A stretch of DNA of 64,000 nt. Origin: an uncultured Gemmatimonadales bacterium. Its GTDB lineage: Bacteria > Gemmatimonadota > Gemmatimonadetes > Gemmatimonadales > GWC2-71-9. Below are positions 22,453-31,646 of the stretch, piece after piece. The notes beneath the pieces are model-generated. The model did not search any database, was not told the DNA's origin, and saw only the letters and a program-made list of their open reading frames with translations. How positions within the stretch are numbered: position 1 is the stretch's first letter; each line of letters opens with the position of its first letter. The translations under genes were made by a program, and so were the position numbers. Where the stretch lies: the NCBI GenBank assembly GCA_963821525.1, contig CAWGED010000008.1:128001-192000 (forward strand), written 5' to 3'.

Positions 22453-22553
22453 CCTGTCTCTTATCCCTCCCCCCTGCTTGACGGGATAAGAGACAGGGCC
22501 ACAGAGGGAGTTCACTGCCCCCTGGTGTATCGACTATTACCGAAGCACCGTGG
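22453..22553. repeat. Palindromic element copy A
   Basis: Perfect 15-bp inverted repeat CCTGTCTCTTATCCC/GGGATAAGAGACAGG with GCTTGAC in the loop, plus tail shared with copy B. Confidence 0.85.
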
Positions 22554-22660
22554 GCACGTCGCTCGGACAGTCCATAGAGTAGAAGTCGCCGTCAACCGGA
22601 ACCGTGAGTATGTCCTTCTGGGGAGACGGGGCGGAAGGGTTTGAGGATCGCTCAGCGCGC

Positions 22661-23437
22661 CTACTTCAGGTCGATTAGCTCGTCACGCTCACCTCCTTGG
22701 CGGGTAGCGACCTCCAACACATTTCCGATCCCCGGAGCGTAGAACTTATGCGACCGGTCCCCTGGCTCGATGGGCGTCCATTCCGTAGTCTCGAGACAGT
22801 TGGTGAACTTGCCGAACGGTACCGTCACCGTCTCCGTCAGGCGGATCACCTTCCCCATGTCCTCCACCACTCCGGGCGAATTTTCCTGCTGGACAATGTC
22901 GCCCACATGGGGATCGGCCAGCATGATGATCCCAGCCTTGGCGCTGTTCTTTCCCGCCTCCCAGGAGCCCTCATCCGTCAAGAACTTGCCGTGATCGAAC
23001 GTCTTGGTATCCTCGCCGAGGTACCAGACGTTCCCGTCCTTGTCCGGGGCAAACCAATCGAAGGTGTCTTCCGACAGGGAACCGTCCTCGATGAACACTT
23101 GATCATGGACGACAATGGCACTGACTCCGAGAATCGTCTTGGTCTGGTGCGTGACCTTAACCACGTTCAGCTCCGGCCCTTCCTTCTTGAATTCGCTCCG
23201 GTACGTGTACCTGGTGCCAGGGTGAAGAGGGAAGTACAGGTTATCCTTTGGGGTCACGAAGTTGGCAGCATGGAAGGGAATGGTGATGACCTTGGAACTG
23301 ACGCTGGGTACGGCTTGCGGATTAGCGGTTGAGGCCGTGAGAACTTGACTGGGGTCGTCCGCCGCCCCGCAGCCTGCTAACCCGAGCACGCCGGCGAGGG
23401 CATACAGCCACAGCCGACTGATTTGAGGCGCCGTCAT
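22661..23437 (-). CDS. Hypothetical lipoprotein
   Basis: AGGAGG RBS, lipobox LAGC, NLYFPL, DWFAPDKDGNVWYLGE, VTVPFGKF, KFYAPGIG. Confidence 0.85.
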   Translation of the reverse strand: MTAPQISRLWLYALAGVLGLAGCGAADDPSQVLTASTANPQAVPSVSSKVITIPFHAANFVTPKDNLYFPLHPGTRYTYRSEFKKEGPELNVVKVTHQTKTILGVSAIVVHDQVFIEDGSLSEDTFDWFAPDKDGNVWYLGEDTKTFDHGKFLTDEGSWEAGKNSAKAGIIMLADPHVGDIVQQENSPGVVEDMGKVIRLTETVTVPFGKFTNCLETTEWTPIEPGDRSHKFYAPGIGNVLEVATRQGGERDELIDLK

Positions 23438-23634
23438 CGTTGATCCTCCTGGAGATTGGAGTTCGGGGAACTCGCGGCACCTGTCTCCTCCTGTCGAGCG
23501 CAGCACCGCACCCCATGAGGAGCCCACGAGGGGACCCTGTTGTGACAGCCGAAGGCGACTCCCTAAGCCTGTCCGGAGAGAGTGTGCCAACATGAAGCTC
23601 TGAACGGGTCAGGGATCGGGAATGCGGGATGTGA

Positions 23635-23726
23635 TCTTATCCCTTCCGCCGCTTGACGGGATAAGAGCAAGGCCGCAGAGGGAGTCACTGCCCGCTGGGG
23701 CCGAACTATTACCGAGGACCCGTGGC
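23635..23726. repeat. Palindromic element copy B (degenerate)
   Basis: TCTTATCCC..GCTTGACGGGATAAGAG..AGAGGGAGTCACTGCCC..ACTATTACCGA..CCGTGG. Confidence 0.8.
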
Positions 23727-23798
23727 CCCATGTCTCGCGGGGTGTGCCAGCAAGAAAGACTCTTGTGACGACCTGAGACAGTGAACTGCGGAGCGGCT

Positions 23799-23877
23799 CC
23801 TGTCTCTTATCCCCATCCCGTTATCCCCATCCCCTGCTTGACCGGATAAGAGATAGGGGCCTAGAAGGAGTTCCACT
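23799..23877. repeat. Palindromic element copy C
   Basis: CCTGTCTCTTATCCC..TTATCCCC..GCTTGACCGGATAAGAGATAGG. Confidence 0.8.
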
Positions 23878-23915
23878 CGCTCCCCCCACCGGACGAAGGC
23901 CGAAATGGCATAGGG

Positions 23916-23949
23916 TTGACAAATCAATATTCGTTGATATTATCAGCCC
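23916..23949 (+). promoter_or_regulatory. ars promoter with overlapping ArsR operator
   Basis: TTGACA (23916), TATTAT (23938), palindrome ATCAA-N6-TTGAT (23923-23938) between them. Confidence 0.75.
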
Positions 23950-24276
23950 ATGGCAACGGCCCAGCAGGAACTCACTTCGGTCGCGCGGGTGTTCCACGCG
24001 CTCTCAGACGAAACCCGCGTCGCCCTCGTCCGGCGCTTGCGGAGCGGGGAGCACTGCGTGTGCGATCTCATGGATCACCTGGACGCGGCCCAGTCACGGC
24101 TGAGCTTTCACCTCAAGGTGCTGCGTGACGCCGGAATCGTGGATTGCCGGCGCGAGGGACGCTGGGCGTACTACTGGCTGCGGCCGGAGGCCTTCGACGA
24201 TCTCGGCGACGCCGTGAAGGGACTCGCCCCGACACCTGGAGCCCGCGCGACCGCGGCGGCGCGGTGCTGCGACTGA
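23950..24276 (+). CDS. arsR: ArsR/SmtB arsenic-responsive repressor
   Basis: FHALSDETR, EHCVCDL, QSRLSFHLKVL, C-terminal CC. Confidence 0.92.
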   Translation: MATAQQELTSVARVFHALSDETRVALVRRLRSGEHCVCDLMDHLDAAQSRLSFHLKVLRDAGIVDCRREGRWAYYWLRPEAFDDLGDAVKGLAPTPGARATAAARCCD

Positions 24277-24331
24277 TTGGCTTTTTCTCACGTTGAATAT
24301 ATCAACCATTTTTGGTGAATGCGAGGCTGAC

Positions 24332-25249
24332 ATGACGAGCAGGTCCGATATCCCGAGCGCGGCGAGTGCGCTGACGGAGACAGTGAAGGCGAAGTACGGC
24401 GAAGCCGCCAAGCGCGTTCTCGCGGGGCAGGACGCGAGTTGTTGCGGGCCAGTCAGTTGTGGTTGCGGCTCCGCGGCAGCGAACGGCATCAAGGACCCGA
24501 TCACCTCGGACCTCTACGGCGCCGACCAGACCGGTGTGCTTCCGGCCGACGCCGTCCTGGCCTCGCTGGGGTGCGGCAATCCGACCGCCCTCATCGAACT
24601 CCACGACGGCGAGGTGGTACTGGATCTCGGCTCCGGCGGCGGGATCGATGTTCTCCTCTCCGCCCGTCGCGTCGGTCCCACCGGCAAGGCCTACGGGCTC
24701 GACATGACCGAGGAGATGCTGGCTCTGGCCCGCGCCAACGCGGCAAAGGCCGGTGCCACGAACGTGGAGTTCCTCAAGGGGAATATCGAGCAGATCCCGC
24801 TCCCCGATGCGAGCGTGGATGTGATCATCTCGAACTGCGTCATCAACCTGTCGGCGGACAAGCGGCGAGTGCTGGGGGAAGCCTTCCGCGTCCTCAAGCC
24901 GGGCGGTCGATTCGCGGTCTCCGATGTGGTGGTGCGGGGTGAAATCCCAGCGGCGGTTCGGAGGAATATGGAACTCTGGGTGGGCTGCGTTGCGGGTGCC
25001 CTGGAAGAGCAGGAGTTCCTGGACCTGCTTGGCGCCGCCGGGTTCGAGTCGGCGTCAATCGAGCCGACCCGGGTCTACGAGTTCGAGGACGCCCGTGCCT
25101 TCCTCGGGGCGGCGGGAGAAGAGCTGGAGGTGCTCGCCCGCGACGTGAGCGGACGCGTCATGGGCGCGTTCGTGCGCGCCACTAAGCCTCGCTCGGCGGC
25201 TCTCCCCGTCGCAGCCGGCGCGTGCTGCGGTTCGGATTGCTGCACCTGA
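24332..25249 (+). CDS. arsM: Arsenite S-adenosylmethionine methyltransferase
   Basis: SLGCGNP, LDLGSGGGID, ISNCVINLS, WVGCVAGAL, Cys-rich termini. Confidence 0.93.
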   Translation: MTSRSDIPSAASALTETVKAKYGEAAKRVLAGQDASCCGPVSCGCGSAAANGIKDPITSDLYGADQTGVLPADAVLASLGCGNPTALIELHDGEVVLDLGSGGGIDVLLSARRVGPTGKAYGLDMTEEMLALARANAAKAGATNVEFLKGNIEQIPLPDASVDVIISNCVINLSADKRRVLGEAFRVLKPGGRFAVSDVVVRGEIPAAVRRNMELWVGCVAGALEEQEFLDLLGAAGFESASIEPTRVYEFEDARAFLGAAGEELEVLARDVSGRVMGAFVRATKPRSAALPVAAGACCGSDCCT

Positions 25250-25277
25250 CCCGGGCCTCGATTCACCGGGCCCATCC

Positions 25278-25751
25278 ATGGTCGCGACGCCACTCCACCT
25301 GAACGGCCGGTCCGTCGCACTGCGACCGGCCACCGCGTCGGATCTCCCGACGGTCCTGCGGCTGCTCGTGGACCTGAAGCTTCCGACCGCCGGTGTCGAC
25401 GACTCGTGGTCGGAGTTCACGGTCGCCGAGGCGGATGGAGCGCTAGTCGGCCTCGCTGGCGTCGAGCGGTATGCCGAGGGCGTCCTGCTGCGGTCGGTGG
25501 CGGTCCACCCCGCCTGGCGCAGCTCGGGCCTCGGTCGAGCGCTGGTTGAAGGGGTCCTCGATCGGGCAGCCCGTGCCGGCAGTCGCGACGCGTACCTGCT
25601 CACCACCACGGCGGAACACTATTTCCCACGCCTGGGGTTCCGCGCCATCGCCCGTGCAGATGTGCCAACGTCGGTTCAACAGTCGGTGGAGTTCCGTGAG
25701 GCCTGCCCGGGCAGCGCCGTCGTGATGCGCCGTTCGCTTATTGCTCCCTGA
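25278..25751 (+). CDS. arsN2: Arsenic-resistance GNAT acetyltransferase (ArsN2-like)
   Basis: LLRSVAV, YLLTTTAEHYFPRLGF, EF..ACP.SA..M. Confidence 0.85.
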   Translation: MVATPLHLNGRSVALRPATASDLPTVLRLLVDLKLPTAGVDDSWSEFTVAEADGALVGLAGVERYAEGVLLRSVAVHPAWRSSGLGRALVEGVLDRAARAGSRDAYLLTTTAEHYFPRLGFRAIARADVPTSVQQSVEFREACPGSAVVMRRSLIAP

Positions 25752-25784
25752 CCGCTCCCTTCCCTGCACCAAGGACTGACCGTC

Positions 25785-26309
25785 ATGACGAGCCTCCCGG
25801 CCGATCGCCCCCTCCGCGTGCTCTTCGTGTGCACCGGCAACAGCGCCCGCAGTCAGATGGCCCAGACGGTGCTCAATCGGAAAGGGCGCGGACGATTCGT
25901 GGCTGAGAGTGCCGGCTCACAGCCGGCCGAACGCGTCAACCCCCTGGCTATCAGCACCCTGGAGCACCATGGCTTCTTCTGGACCGGTCACGCACCACAA
26001 GGCCTCGACGTCGTGATCGAGCAACCCTGGGACTTCGTGATCACGGTGTGCGATCGCGCGAAGGAAACCTGTCCCATCTTCCCCGGGCAGCCGGTGATCG
26101 CCCATTGGGGGATGCCCGACCCGGCCGAGGCGACCGGCACGGAGGAAGAGCGGCAACGCGTGTTCGATGACACGCTGCTCCTCATCAGCCGGCGCCTGGA
26201 TCTCTTCCTCGCGCTGCCCATGGCGAAGCTGGAGAAGCTCGCCCTCCAACACCGAGTCAACGAGATCGGCGGCGCGGGCGCTGCTCCACTCGCCACGCGT
26301 GATGCCTGA
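25785..26309 (+). CDS. arsC: Arsenate reductase, LMW-PTP/thioredoxin type
   Basis: VCTGNSARSQMA, ITVCDRAKETCPIFPG, HWGMPDP. Confidence 0.9.
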   Translation: MTSLPADRPLRVLFVCTGNSARSQMAQTVLNRKGRGRFVAESAGSQPAERVNPLAISTLEHHGFFWTGHAPQGLDVVIEQPWDFVITVCDRAKETCPIFPGQPVIAHWGMPDPAEATGTEEERQRVFDDTLLLISRRLDLFLALPMAKLEKLALQHRVNEIGGAGAAPLATRDA

Positions 26310-26369
26310 CGGCCGGCTGCGCACCCGCGCTCTGGACAGGCACCCACCCCATTGGAGCCTCTTCCCAAC

Positions 26370-27470
26370 ATGACTGCCCCTGCTGGTGACGCGCCAATCC
26401 TTATTCGCCTGTCCACCCTCGACCGCTTTCTGCCGCTCTGGATCTTCGCGGCCATGGGCCTGGGGCTCCTGCTGGGACGGGCCTACCCGGACCTGGGGGC
26501 AGCCCTGGACCGCGTGCAGCTGGCGGGCGTCTCAGTGCCGATCGCGATCGGACTGCTGTGGATGATGTATCCGGTGCTTGCGAAGGTGCGCTACGAGGCC
26601 ATCGGCGAGCATGCACGCGATACGAAACTGCTGGGCACGTCGCTGACGCTCAACTGGATCCTCGGGCCACTGGTCATGCTGGGGCTCGCATGGCTGTTCC
26701 TCCCCGACCTGCCCCACTACCGCAATGGGCTCGTCCTCATCGGGCTGGCCCGATGTATCGCCATGGTACTGGTGTGGAACGCCCTGGCCTGCGGCTCGGC
26801 GGAGTTGGCTGCTGTCCTCGTGGCCCTCAACTCTGTCTTTCAGATTCTGACCTACTCGGTGCTGGGCTGGCTGTACCTGACCGTGGTGCCCACGTGGTTC
26901 GGAGCCGATACGGCCGTACTCGATGTGTCGATGGGGCAGATCGCCAGGAGTGTCGGGATCTTCCTTGGCGTGCCACTCATAGCCGGATACGTCACGCGGC
27001 GCCTCCTGGTCGCCCGACGAGGAGCTGTCTGGTATGACGGCGTGTTTATTCCCCGGATCGGCCCCACCGCGCTGATCGGCCTGCTCTACACCATCGTGCT
27101 GATGTTCGCGATGCAGGGGCATCGCATTGTCGAGCTGCCGTTCGATGTCCTGCGCATCGCGCTCCCGCTTCTGGCCTACTTTGCCCTCATGTTCGGTCTC
27201 GCCTTCTGGCTCGCGCGGCAGCTGGGGTTTGCCTACGAGGCCACGGCCTCGCTCGCCTTCACGGCCGCTGGCAACAACTTCGAATTGGCCATCGCGGTTG
27301 CGGTCGCGACCTTCGGGATCGGGTCTGGCGAAGCCCTCGCCGCGGTGGTGGGCCCGCTGATCGAGGTGCCCGCGCTGGTGGGTCTGGTGTACGTGTCACT
27401 CTGGGCTCAACGACGCTACTTCCCGGCTGGCCCCGCGCGTTCACGTCCACCCATCTGTCATTCCAGCTGA
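26370..27470 (+). CDS. acr3: ACR3-family arsenite efflux transporter
   Basis: LSTLDRFLPLWI, MMYPVLAKV, ARCIAMV, GNNFELAIAVA, GPLIEVP. Confidence 0.93.
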   Translation: MTAPAGDAPILIRLSTLDRFLPLWIFAAMGLGLLLGRAYPDLGAALDRVQLAGVSVPIAIGLLWMMYPVLAKVRYEAIGEHARDTKLLGTSLTLNWILGPLVMLGLAWLFLPDLPHYRNGLVLIGLARCIAMVLVWNALACGSAELAAVLVALNSVFQILTYSVLGWLYLTVVPTWFGADTAVLDVSMGQIARSVGIFLGVPLIAGYVTRRLLVARRGAVWYDGVFIPRIGPTALIGLLYTIVLMFAMQGHRIVELPFDVLRIALPLLAYFALMFGLAFWLARQLGFAYEATASLAFTAAGNNFELAIAVAVATFGIGSGEALAAVVGPLIEVPALVGLVYVSLWAQRRYFPAGPARSRPPICHSS

Positions 27471-27514
27471 CACGCCAGTAATCCACACCAGGCTCCACTG
27501 GGGCGAAGCAAGCC

Positions 27515-27685
27515 CCTGTCTCTTATCCCAGCCCCCGCTTGACGCCCTCCTTCCCCTTCCCCATATTGCCGGAGGAAACCGAACAAACACCGAAATAAGG
27601 CAGGCTCCCATGTCTCCCTCGACCCCTCCACCCCCCACCAAGACCCCACCCAGGCCAAGCACTCTAACCTACTACAGGATAAGAG
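27515..27685. repeat. Palindromic element copy D/E (left arm 27515-27544, right-arm remnant 27677-27685)
   Basis: CCTGTCTCTTATCCC..GCTTGACG, then GGATAAGAG ~130 bp later. Confidence 0.65.
27539..27595 (+). promoter_or_regulatory. Putative sigma70 promoter with candidate LexA-type direct-repeat box
   Basis: TTGACG-N17-CATATT (27539-27567); GAAC-N7-GAAA at 27581-27595. Confidence 0.45.
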
Positions 27686-27769
27686 TTTGCCCTGAGTGCT
27701 CCGGCCCGGTCATCCGCAACTCGGGCTGCATCACGTGTGCGCAATGTGGGTGGGGGAAATGCGGGTAGG

Positions 27770-28178
27770 AGGGCGGACAGGTGGGATGGCGGTAGGGCGG
27801 GAAGGCGGTCGGGGCGAGGCAGGACGGAACAGGGCGGCCGGGGACAAAGGGCGGAATGGCGGAATGGCGGAATGGCGGAATGGCGGAATGGCGGAATGGC
27901 GGAATGGCGGAATGGCGGAATGGCGGAATGGCGGAATGGCGGGCCGAAGGTAAGCAGTCAGCGAAGCGGATCTCCCGCCCGACCGCCATCCCGCCCTACC
28001 GCCCAACAGGCGACGCAAGACCCACGACCCAGGACCAGACCACGACCACCGACCACCGACGATGTCCCCACCGACCAGGATGAGCCGACGCCTAATGAAA
28101 CTGCGACGAGCCGAGGCTCACGACCCAGGACCCGAGACCATCGACTATCGACCACCGACCATCGACCACGAACCCACC
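27770..28178. repeat. Composite tandem-repeat tract with (GGCGGAAT)11 and (ACCGACC/ACGACCC)n
   Basis: 11 perfect octamers 27850-27937; degenerate 8-mer arms 27770-27810 and 27974-28005; heptamers 28013-28178. Confidence 0.9.
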
Positions 28179-28649
28179 ATGCCCGACCTCGCGACCTCCA
28201 ACATCACCGGCCAACTGGTGGCGGTGCTTCGCGAAGCTATCGAGGGACCGCAGCACAGCTGGACCTATTTCACCGACAACCAGCCGGGAACTGGACTGTT
28301 CGGAACCATCGGACCGCTGAGTCCGGCCGACGTCTCGCGGCCCCAGGGGAAAAGTGGGACCACCATCGCCGGCCATGTCCATCACCTCGCCTTCAGTCTC
28401 CACGCCTCGGCGGCCTGGATCCGCGGCGAGCGGCGGCGGTGGAACTGGGACGAGAGCTGGCAGGTCCGCACCGTCGGCAGCAACGAATGGGCTGAGCTGC
28501 GCAACCGGCTGCGCCAGTCCTACGGCGAGCTGACCCAGGCCATCGAGCAGCACGCTCTCGAGAGCGAAGAAGCAATGGGCGGAGCCATCGGTGCGGTAGC
28601 GCATGCGGCATATCACTTGGCAGTGATTCGGCAGAAAGCGACGGGGTGA
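28179..28649 (+). CDS. DinB/DUF664-family four-helix protein
   Basis: TIAGHVHHL and AHAAYHLAVIRQ His motifs. Confidence 0.8.
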   Translation: MPDLATSNITGQLVAVLREAIEGPQHSWTYFTDNQPGTGLFGTIGPLSPADVSRPQGKSGTTIAGHVHHLAFSLHASAAWIRGERRRWNWDESWQVRTVGSNEWAELRNRLRQSYGELTQAIEQHALESEEAMGGAIGAVAHAAYHLAVIRQKATG

Positions 28650-28654
28650 GGGAT

Positions 28655-28803
28655 GGCGGAATGGCGGAATGGCGGAAGGGCGGGACGGCGGAATGGCGGA
28701 ATGGCGGACCGACAAATCAGCGGAGTCAGACGTGCAGAGCAAGACGGGATGGCGGACTCAAGACTCACGACCCATGACCACCGACCGTCGACCACCGACA
28801 ACC
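28655..28803. repeat. (GGCGGAAT)-type octamers followed by (ACCGACC)-type heptamers
   Basis: Seven perfect or degenerate octamers 28655-28710; heptamers 28755-28803. Confidence 0.8.
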
Positions 28804-29921
28804 GGTCCCCAGTTGCCGTTGCTAACCGTCCGCCGAGTCCGCCGAGCCGCCGATCCGCCCTGCCCGTCCTCGATACTAGAGCCGCTCGGGGAAGCACGTT
28901 TCACAAAGTGCCGGTCAAGACGGTCCTCAATTCACCGGCCACGACCGGCATGGGCTTCTGGTCGCTCAATCCCTACGTCGGATGCGAGTTCGGGTGCTCG
29001 CTACTGCTATGCGAGGGAGACGCATAAGTGGACAGTCGAGCGGCTGGGGACACGAGTCAGGAATTGCCGATTGATAATTGCCGATTGCCGATTGCACCCG
29101 CTCCATCACACCAATCAGCAATCGACAATCAGCAATCAGCAATCCCCCGCCGAGGCATTCGAGCACCGCATTTCGTCAAAGCCGACGCCGCCGACGTGCT
29201 GCGCCGCACCCTGGATCCCGTGAAGCTGGCGGGGGCGTCCCTGGTGATCGGCACCGCGACCGATCCCTATCAGCCCGCCGAACGGAAGTTCAAGCTCACC
29301 CGGAGCATTCTCGAGGCGCTGCTCGGCTGGCGGGGCCTCTCGCTTGGGCTCATCACCAAGTCACCGCTGGTCACCCGCGATCTCGATCTGCTGCAGCGGC
29401 TGAGCGAGCGGCACGAGGTGAGCGTCAACATTTCCCTCGCGTCGCTCAACGCGCCGTTGTTGCGCCGGCTGGAGCGCCGCTCTCCGGCGCCGCATGCCCG
29501 GATCCGCGCCCTCAAGACTCTGATCGACGGTGGCATCCACACCGGGCTGCTCATCGCCCCGATCCTGCCCGGCATCACCGACGACCGGGCCGGGCTGGCG
29601 ACGCTCATGCGCGCCGCCAAGGCGGCCGGCGCCAGGTACGCGGTAGGCCAGCCACTCCGCCTGGGCCCGGCGATCGTGCCGCAGTTCATGCCGGTGCTGG
29701 AGCAGGAATTCCCCGATCTCGTGGAGCGCTACCGGCAACACTACGGCCACGGCAATTACGTAAGGGCCGAGTACCAGAAAGCCCTCATGCACCGGTTACA
29801 CCAGCTGCAGGAGGAGTTTGGCTTTCCGGTCGCAGAAAGTCGGAGGCGCAGAGAGCAGCTGGAGGGAAGACAGCCCCGATGGATGAAGGAGGAGTGGCAG
29901 GCGACGCTGCTATTAGGCTAG
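28774..29921 (+). CDS. Radical SAM protein, SplB/Rv2578c-like DNA-repair family (frameshifted)
   Basis: SLNPYVGCEFGCS/YCYAR CxxxCxxC; GTATDPYQPAERKFKLTR; ITKSPLVTRDLDLL; APILPGITD. Confidence 0.88.
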
Positions 29922-30021
29922 ACGGTGAGACGGTAGAACGTGTGAACGGGTATTTCTGATCTCCAGTTATCCCGTCTCCCGTTCTCCGTCTCCTCGGTAC
30001 TGGTCACCGGTACTTACCTCA

Positions 30022-31317
30022 ATGCTCCGATCCGTCCTCTTCATCGACCCCCCCGCCTTCTGCACCGCTGTCGAAGGCCTCGTCGCACCCGCGCTTCGGG
30101 AGCGGCCGGTTGCGGTGGCGGCGCCGGGAGCCGATCGCGCCACTATCCTGGCGCTCTCCGCCGAGGCGAAGGCGGCGGGCATCGCGCGCGGGATGCCGGT
30201 GGCAAAGGCCAAGAAGCTCTGTCCCGATCTCATCCTGCGCGCCCCAAACCCTCGGCTCTATGCCCGGGCCTCGCGCGCGCTGTTCGAGATCCTGCGCCGC
30301 TATGCCCCGGTGATCGAGCCCAAGGGATACGGCCATGCCTATCTCGACATGACCGGCACCAGCAGGCTGTTCGGTCCGGCGGTGGATGTAGCGCGGAGGA
30401 TCCAGCGGGAATCGAACCAGCGCATCGGACTGGATCTCGCGGTCGGCGCAGCGGCTAACAAACTGGTGAGCCGCACCGCCTCTGAAGTGGTGAAGGGTTT
30501 GTTTCTCGAACCGCCGAACCGCCGTTCCGCCTTTCCGCCACTCCTCGACGTCCTCGCCGGCAGCGAGGCTCCCTTCCTGGCACCCCATCCCACCGGGTTG
30601 CTTCCCGATCTCCCCGAGGAGATGCGGGAACGGCTCGACGACTACCAGCTCGAGCTGATCGGTGAAGTCGCGGCACTGGAGCAGCAGCAGCTCTACTCGG
30701 TGTTCGGCACTCCTGGTCGTGTGTTGCACCAGCACGCTCGCGGCATCGATCCTCGACCAGTGATGGCTCCCGAAGTAAAGGCGGAGTTCCGCGCCGCCCA
30801 CACGCTCGCCAGCGATACCAATGATCTGGGCCTGATCCACCCGCTGCTCCGACACCTGACTGAGCGCCTGGGACAGCGGCTCAGGCAACGACAGCTGGTG
30901 AGCCGGCGGCTTACCCTGCAGCTCGCCTACACCGATTACGCCACCGCGAAGCGGAGCATATCCCTCCCGCTCGCTGCCCTCGACGTGGAGCTGTGGGATG
31001 CGGCTCGTCGGGCGTTCGCGCTGGCCAACTCCCGCACCGTCGCGATCCGTGCCTTGGGGATCAGTGTGGACCGGCTGGTGGAGGCGGACCTGCAGCTGGA
31101 GTTTTGGGAGACGGGAGACGGGAGACGGGAGACGGGAGAATCGGACCGGCGGACCGGCGGACCGGCGGACCGCCGCACTTCTCACGTCTCACTTCTCACG
31201 CATTTCGCCGAACCGGCGAACCGTCGAACCGCCGAACCTCTCCAGTCCGCCATCGACCAGATCCGCGCCCGCTGGGGCAACCGGGGGATCGGGATGGCTC
31301 CGATGCTGAGCCGGTGA
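30022..31317 (+). CDS. Y-family polymerase homologue, ImuB-like (catalytic acidic residues degenerate)
   Basis: IDPPAFC replaces DMDAFF; GYGHAYLD replaces SIDEAYLD; C-terminal QLEF and AIDQIRARWG. Confidence 0.85.
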   Translation: MLRSVLFIDPPAFCTAVEGLVAPALRERPVAVAAPGADRATILALSAEAKAAGIARGMPVAKAKKLCPDLILRAPNPRLYARASRALFEILRRYAPVIEPKGYGHAYLDMTGTSRLFGPAVDVARRIQRESNQRIGLDLAVGAAANKLVSRTASEVVKGLFLEPPNRRSAFPPLLDVLAGSEAPFLAPHPTGLLPDLPEEMRERLDDYQLELIGEVAALEQQQLYSVFGTPGRVLHQHARGIDPRPVMAPEVKAEFRAAHTLASDTNDLGLIHPLLRHLTERLGQRLRQRQLVSRRLTLQLAYTDYATAKRSISLPLAALDVELWDAARRAFALANSRTVAIRALGISVDRLVEADLQLEFWETGDGRRETGESDRRTGGPADRRTSHVSLLTHFAEPANRRTAEPLQSAIDQIRARWGNRGIGMAPMLSR

Positions 31318-31328
31318 AGGCCCTCCGG

Positions 31329-31646
31329 CTAGCCCTGCCCGTCGAGCTTGAGCTGATGGTGATCCACCCGGATATCGCGCGCGTTCTCCATCGCCAGCTC
31401 ATGCTCGGCGGCGAGACAACCCTTCAGCACGACCACCGACTGCTCGAGCTGGGTGTCCTTCTCCTTGTCCGCGGAAAGCGCAGCAGTGCGGTCCTTGGTG
31501 CTGTCGTGTGCCAGCGCTTCGCGGACCTCATGGAGCTGATGCTCATCGCCGCTCAGCGTATGGCTGTCGTGATGGATCACCTGGTTCAGATCCCGCTCGG
31601 CTCGCTGGTCCCGCTCGAGGTCACTGCGAGCCTCGGCTGGCGTCAC
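31329..31646 (-). CDS. Small hypothetical charged protein
   Basis: 105-aa ORF with coding-like codon bias, helical D/E/H-rich. Confidence 0.5.
   Translation of the reverse strand: MTPAEARSDLERDQRAERDLNQVIHHDSHTLSGDEHQLHEVREALAHDSTKDRTAALSADKEKDTQLEQSVVVLKGCLAAEHELAMENARDIRVDHHQLKLDGQG

Noticed and set aside
22454..22464. CTGTCTCTTAT matches the start of the Tn5 mosaic end (Nextera adapter)
   Set aside because: Match stops after 11 nt, and the motif occurs as hairpins with diverged copies and a shared tail, unlike adapter carry-over
27850..27937. CRISPR array
   Set aside because: Contiguous 8-nt units without spacers; no cas genes
27696..28178. ORFs with MAEWRNGG or PPFRHSAI repeats (also near 11585 and 28653)
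   Set aside because: Translation artefacts of the GGCGGAAT octamer tracts
29997..30013. Near-palindrome GTACTGGTCACCGGTAC before the ImuB-like gene as an SOS box
   Set aside because: No second copy found upstream of the other damage genes
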